DNA of 64,000 nucleotides from the NCBI GenBank assembly GCA_964036045.1, contig OZ038379.1, positions 13,516,001-13,580,000 of the forward strand, written 5' to 3'. The first letter of the stretch is position 1. Every line of letters begins with the position of its first letter. Origin of the DNA: Eutreptiella sp. 'Long Island Sound 2002'. Its lineage: Eukaryota; Protista; Euglenida. Position numbers and translations under genes: made by a program. Shown piece after piece: positions 61,101 to 64,000 of the stretch. The notes beneath the pieces are model-generated. The model saw only the letters and a list, made by a program, of their open reading frames with translations, made no database searches and had not been told where the DNA came from.

Positions 61101-64000
61101 TTCAATTAGCACTTTTCAAATTAGCCCTTTTTGTGGTCCCTTTCCATCCTGAAAAGCTGAACATGCTCTCCCGGCAAGGGTACAAAGTCATCTGCTTGCT
61201 TGTGCCCAAGAATTGTGGCTTCTACAAGCTCACCAATGTGGTATTGCTTGTATACCGCAGGGCGCACCCCACAGTCCTCTTTGCATTGAGACACAAATGT
61301 ATGCTGTCGGTGCGCATGGTACCGCTTTCGTAGCAAGGGTGCCCCGCTTCTGACAACTGTCATTGGTCCCTCGTCAACCACAGCCCCAAACTCTGCACCG
61401 TGCAGAAAACCCACAAGGGCATACCGGCGAAAAACTTGATGTATAGTCGCAACGGTGAAGTGGTATGTTTTTGTGGTGCCCCCCCCCCCCCCAAAGGGGG
61501 GGAACCGGCCTGACAAAAGGGGGGGAGATTTCAAGGGGGGGGACCGGAAGTTTGGGGAACATTTGTATCCGCTGGACCTGGGGTGGAGGGCTTATTTGAG
61601 TCTTTCTCTAGAGCCTCAGAACTTGAGACCACTTTCGGATTGTGAGATGGCCTGCATTAAGGGGGGCCTTAAGCGCAGTGCGTGCACACTTGACTATTTG
61701 GGCGTTTGGCCGTACCCCCCCCCCCCTTGTCCTTCCCCGCCCCTTGTCCTTCCCCAAGGGGGGTGGGGGACCGTCACTTGGTGAACCCCAAAAGGGCCAA
61801 GCCACTGCCCAAGGGTGCTGTCCAAAGCATTCCTGTGGAAAGTGGTGAGCATGTTCAAGAATTCAAGGTCAAATGGAGCAGGACGAAGAAATTCTACACC
61901 CAGCGAGTCAAGGAGAAAATTTCATTACATTGGCAGCCCATGGAGCGCGCGCATGATTTTCATGTTGTTGCATTACTTGCTTTCATTCGTCACCGTGACA
62001 AGCTCTGCACACCAACATTTTTTATGCTTTCATTTGTCACCGTGACAAGCTCTGCGCACCAACGTTTTTTATGCTGCGTTATTTCGTCTTCTGCCGCAAT
62101 TTCTGTGCCCCACAGTGTGCGTGTACGGTGGTACTACGGTCGGTGGTGGGGGACCGTCACTTGGTGACCGTCCCCCAGGGGGTGGCGGGGGGCCGTCTTT
62201 TCTGGGATGGGGAAGGACGGGGGGGGGGGGGGGGTACTAGAAACCCATCCTTTGTGATACTTTGGGCATCAGTGTTGTTTGACGGCAGGCTTTGATGCTG
62301 CTTCCACATTGGGGATATGCCATTTTCACCCAGTTTCACCCATTTCCACCACTTTCACACATTTTGTGCTCATTTCCACCACATCCACTCCTTTCTAGGT
62401 TTATTTCTCCCCGTCATGGGTACCCCAAGGAGGCAAGTGTTATGTAGCCATATTGACACATATTTTGTTGGTCCTTTCACTGCTCATGAAACAGGGATTC
62501 TAACGAGAAGATGAAGAGTATGTGGCATGTTAGACATCTTACGTGCGATTTTGATGTTAGCTGTCTGACACAATTGTGTGATATTGTGTTAGTACACAAG
62601 TTCAGCTACAAGGGATTCCGGCACACACAAGTTTCAGTGGAGTAAAGCCCATCACATTTGGAAGCAACATTTTTCAGTGAAAGAAAACAGAACAAAATTT
62701 TCCGTGTCAGATTGCAATTTTTGCACCCCTCGGCTACTTTGTACCCCCAAGGCTCGGGTAGTTGGGGTCGCCTAATTTCAAGGGCGTTTGGAAGGGGTGT
62801 GCCTGGGGGCTCTTGGGGGGAAATCTAGTCTAAAAGTAGCGCGGTGCGCACAGCACAAGGATTCCCCAAAAAAATCATGTCCAGGAGCTAGAGTGGGATA
62901 CAATACACACCGTATTGTACAGTACGGTACCAATAAGTTTGTATGGATATCAAGAGACCCTTAATGGTCACTTACAAATGGGGACACATCCGGTGTCAGC
63001 TGCTCCATTTGTCATGCGTTTGCAGCTGAATTCAATAGGTGTCATCCAGACATGTCCCGAAAGTAGCAACATCAACCCAGAGACCACTAGGAAGTAATAG
63101 CGCCTATCCATGTTCGCAACATAACAGCTCCCATCCATTACAGTTTGTGTGGTGTTACCATTGGCAGGTGCTTTACAAAGTGCACATGGTGCAAATATTG
63201 CCCCACCTGTCAGATTGGGCGAAACACAAAGCAGCAATTGTCAAGAGGCCAGCCCTTTGAGCCCCTGTTAGCAGGGGAGCAGAAAAGATGCTCTATGGAC
63301 TGCCTGCCCCTTGAGCCCCCTGTCCGGGCGGGGGGGGGGGGGGGCTCCCGCAGCCCAGATGGGCTGTTTGCGCAACAGGAGCGGGAGCCCACCAGGGGCA
63401 GACCAGCCGTGAGGGGGAAAGGGACATATGGTGGACGGTCGGGACAACGCGTGGAGGAGCAGGGCACTTGGGCCTCACGCACACAGAACCACAGCGAGGC
63501 AGGTTATGGACAGCCTGTGGACAGAGGCGTGTGGACAGCAAAAACAGTCAAACGACCCCGGCAACAACTAGCATATCCTCAATACCCCGGGAATCCCTCA
63601 GGCATGGCTTACTCCCGGTAGCTTCCAACCCCCCTCCCGTGGCATCTGCTCCTGATGATATTCCTCAGGGAGGCAGCCCAGGTCACGTTCTGGTTCAACC
63701 CAAGTGAGTGATCGTGGCCGGCAACTGCAACCACCACCATGAACGAAGGCTGTGCCTTGGGCACATCCCCTTAGTCATGTTCCGGGCCTGCTTCCCAGGC
63801 CCATCCTATGTGCCACCCTCCATTGGCTGCCGCACTGTAGCTGGTGGCTGGGCATGGCCCTACTCGAGGCAACGGTGCAGTGTCTGTCGCTCCTCTGTTT
63901 CCCAGTGTCTATTTTTTCTTCGGCAGCAAGGCCCCCATGGATCCCCAAGCGCTGTACCGGACTCTTGAGGGGACGTTTAATATCGACAACAACGTCCGTC
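55391..64000 (+). repeat. Copy B of the long direct repeat (partner 1-8625)
   Basis: See copy A. It runs off the window end. Confidence 0.97.
63937..64000 (+). CDS. IPO7: Second copy of importin-7/8 exon 1 (truncated by the window end)
   Basis: atggatccccaagcgctgtaccgg..., matching the sequence from 8562. Confidence 0.85.
   Translation, partial: MDPQALYRTLEGTFNIDNNVR

Overview
Repeat-rich eukaryotic nuclear DNA with kb-sized GT-AG introns. It is probably from a euglenozoan or similar protist; this is an inference from gene style only. Host genes seen: the 5' exons of an importin-7/8-type karyopherin (8562-11.1k, repeated at 63937), the 3' half of HIRA (B-domain and C-terminal Hira domain, five phase-consistent exons 24167-29724), and a spliced gene fusing two copies of a small beta-rich repeat domain to a DEAH SF2 helicase (37692-42713). 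Mobile and repeat content: a 6.3-kb array of a ~37-bp minisatellite abutting a decayed Penelope-like retroelement with an N-terminal GIY-YIG domain, an intact 883-aa hAT transposase with a C-terminal SAP-like motif, an RNase H1 ORF behind a LINE-like fragment, and several MITEs with G-rich TIRs and 3-bp TSDs. Positions 1-8625 recur almost identically at 55391-64000 (period ~55.4 kb). Together with the gene order this suggests a tandem duplication that joined the importin 5' end to the HIRA 3' end. The most striking observation is that a complete 2-kb HIRA intron (24254-26251) is copied, exactly from GT to AG, into an unrelated site at 11540-13539. This is the pattern expected of intron transposition or an introner-like element. 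All homology calls are by eye; no searches were run.
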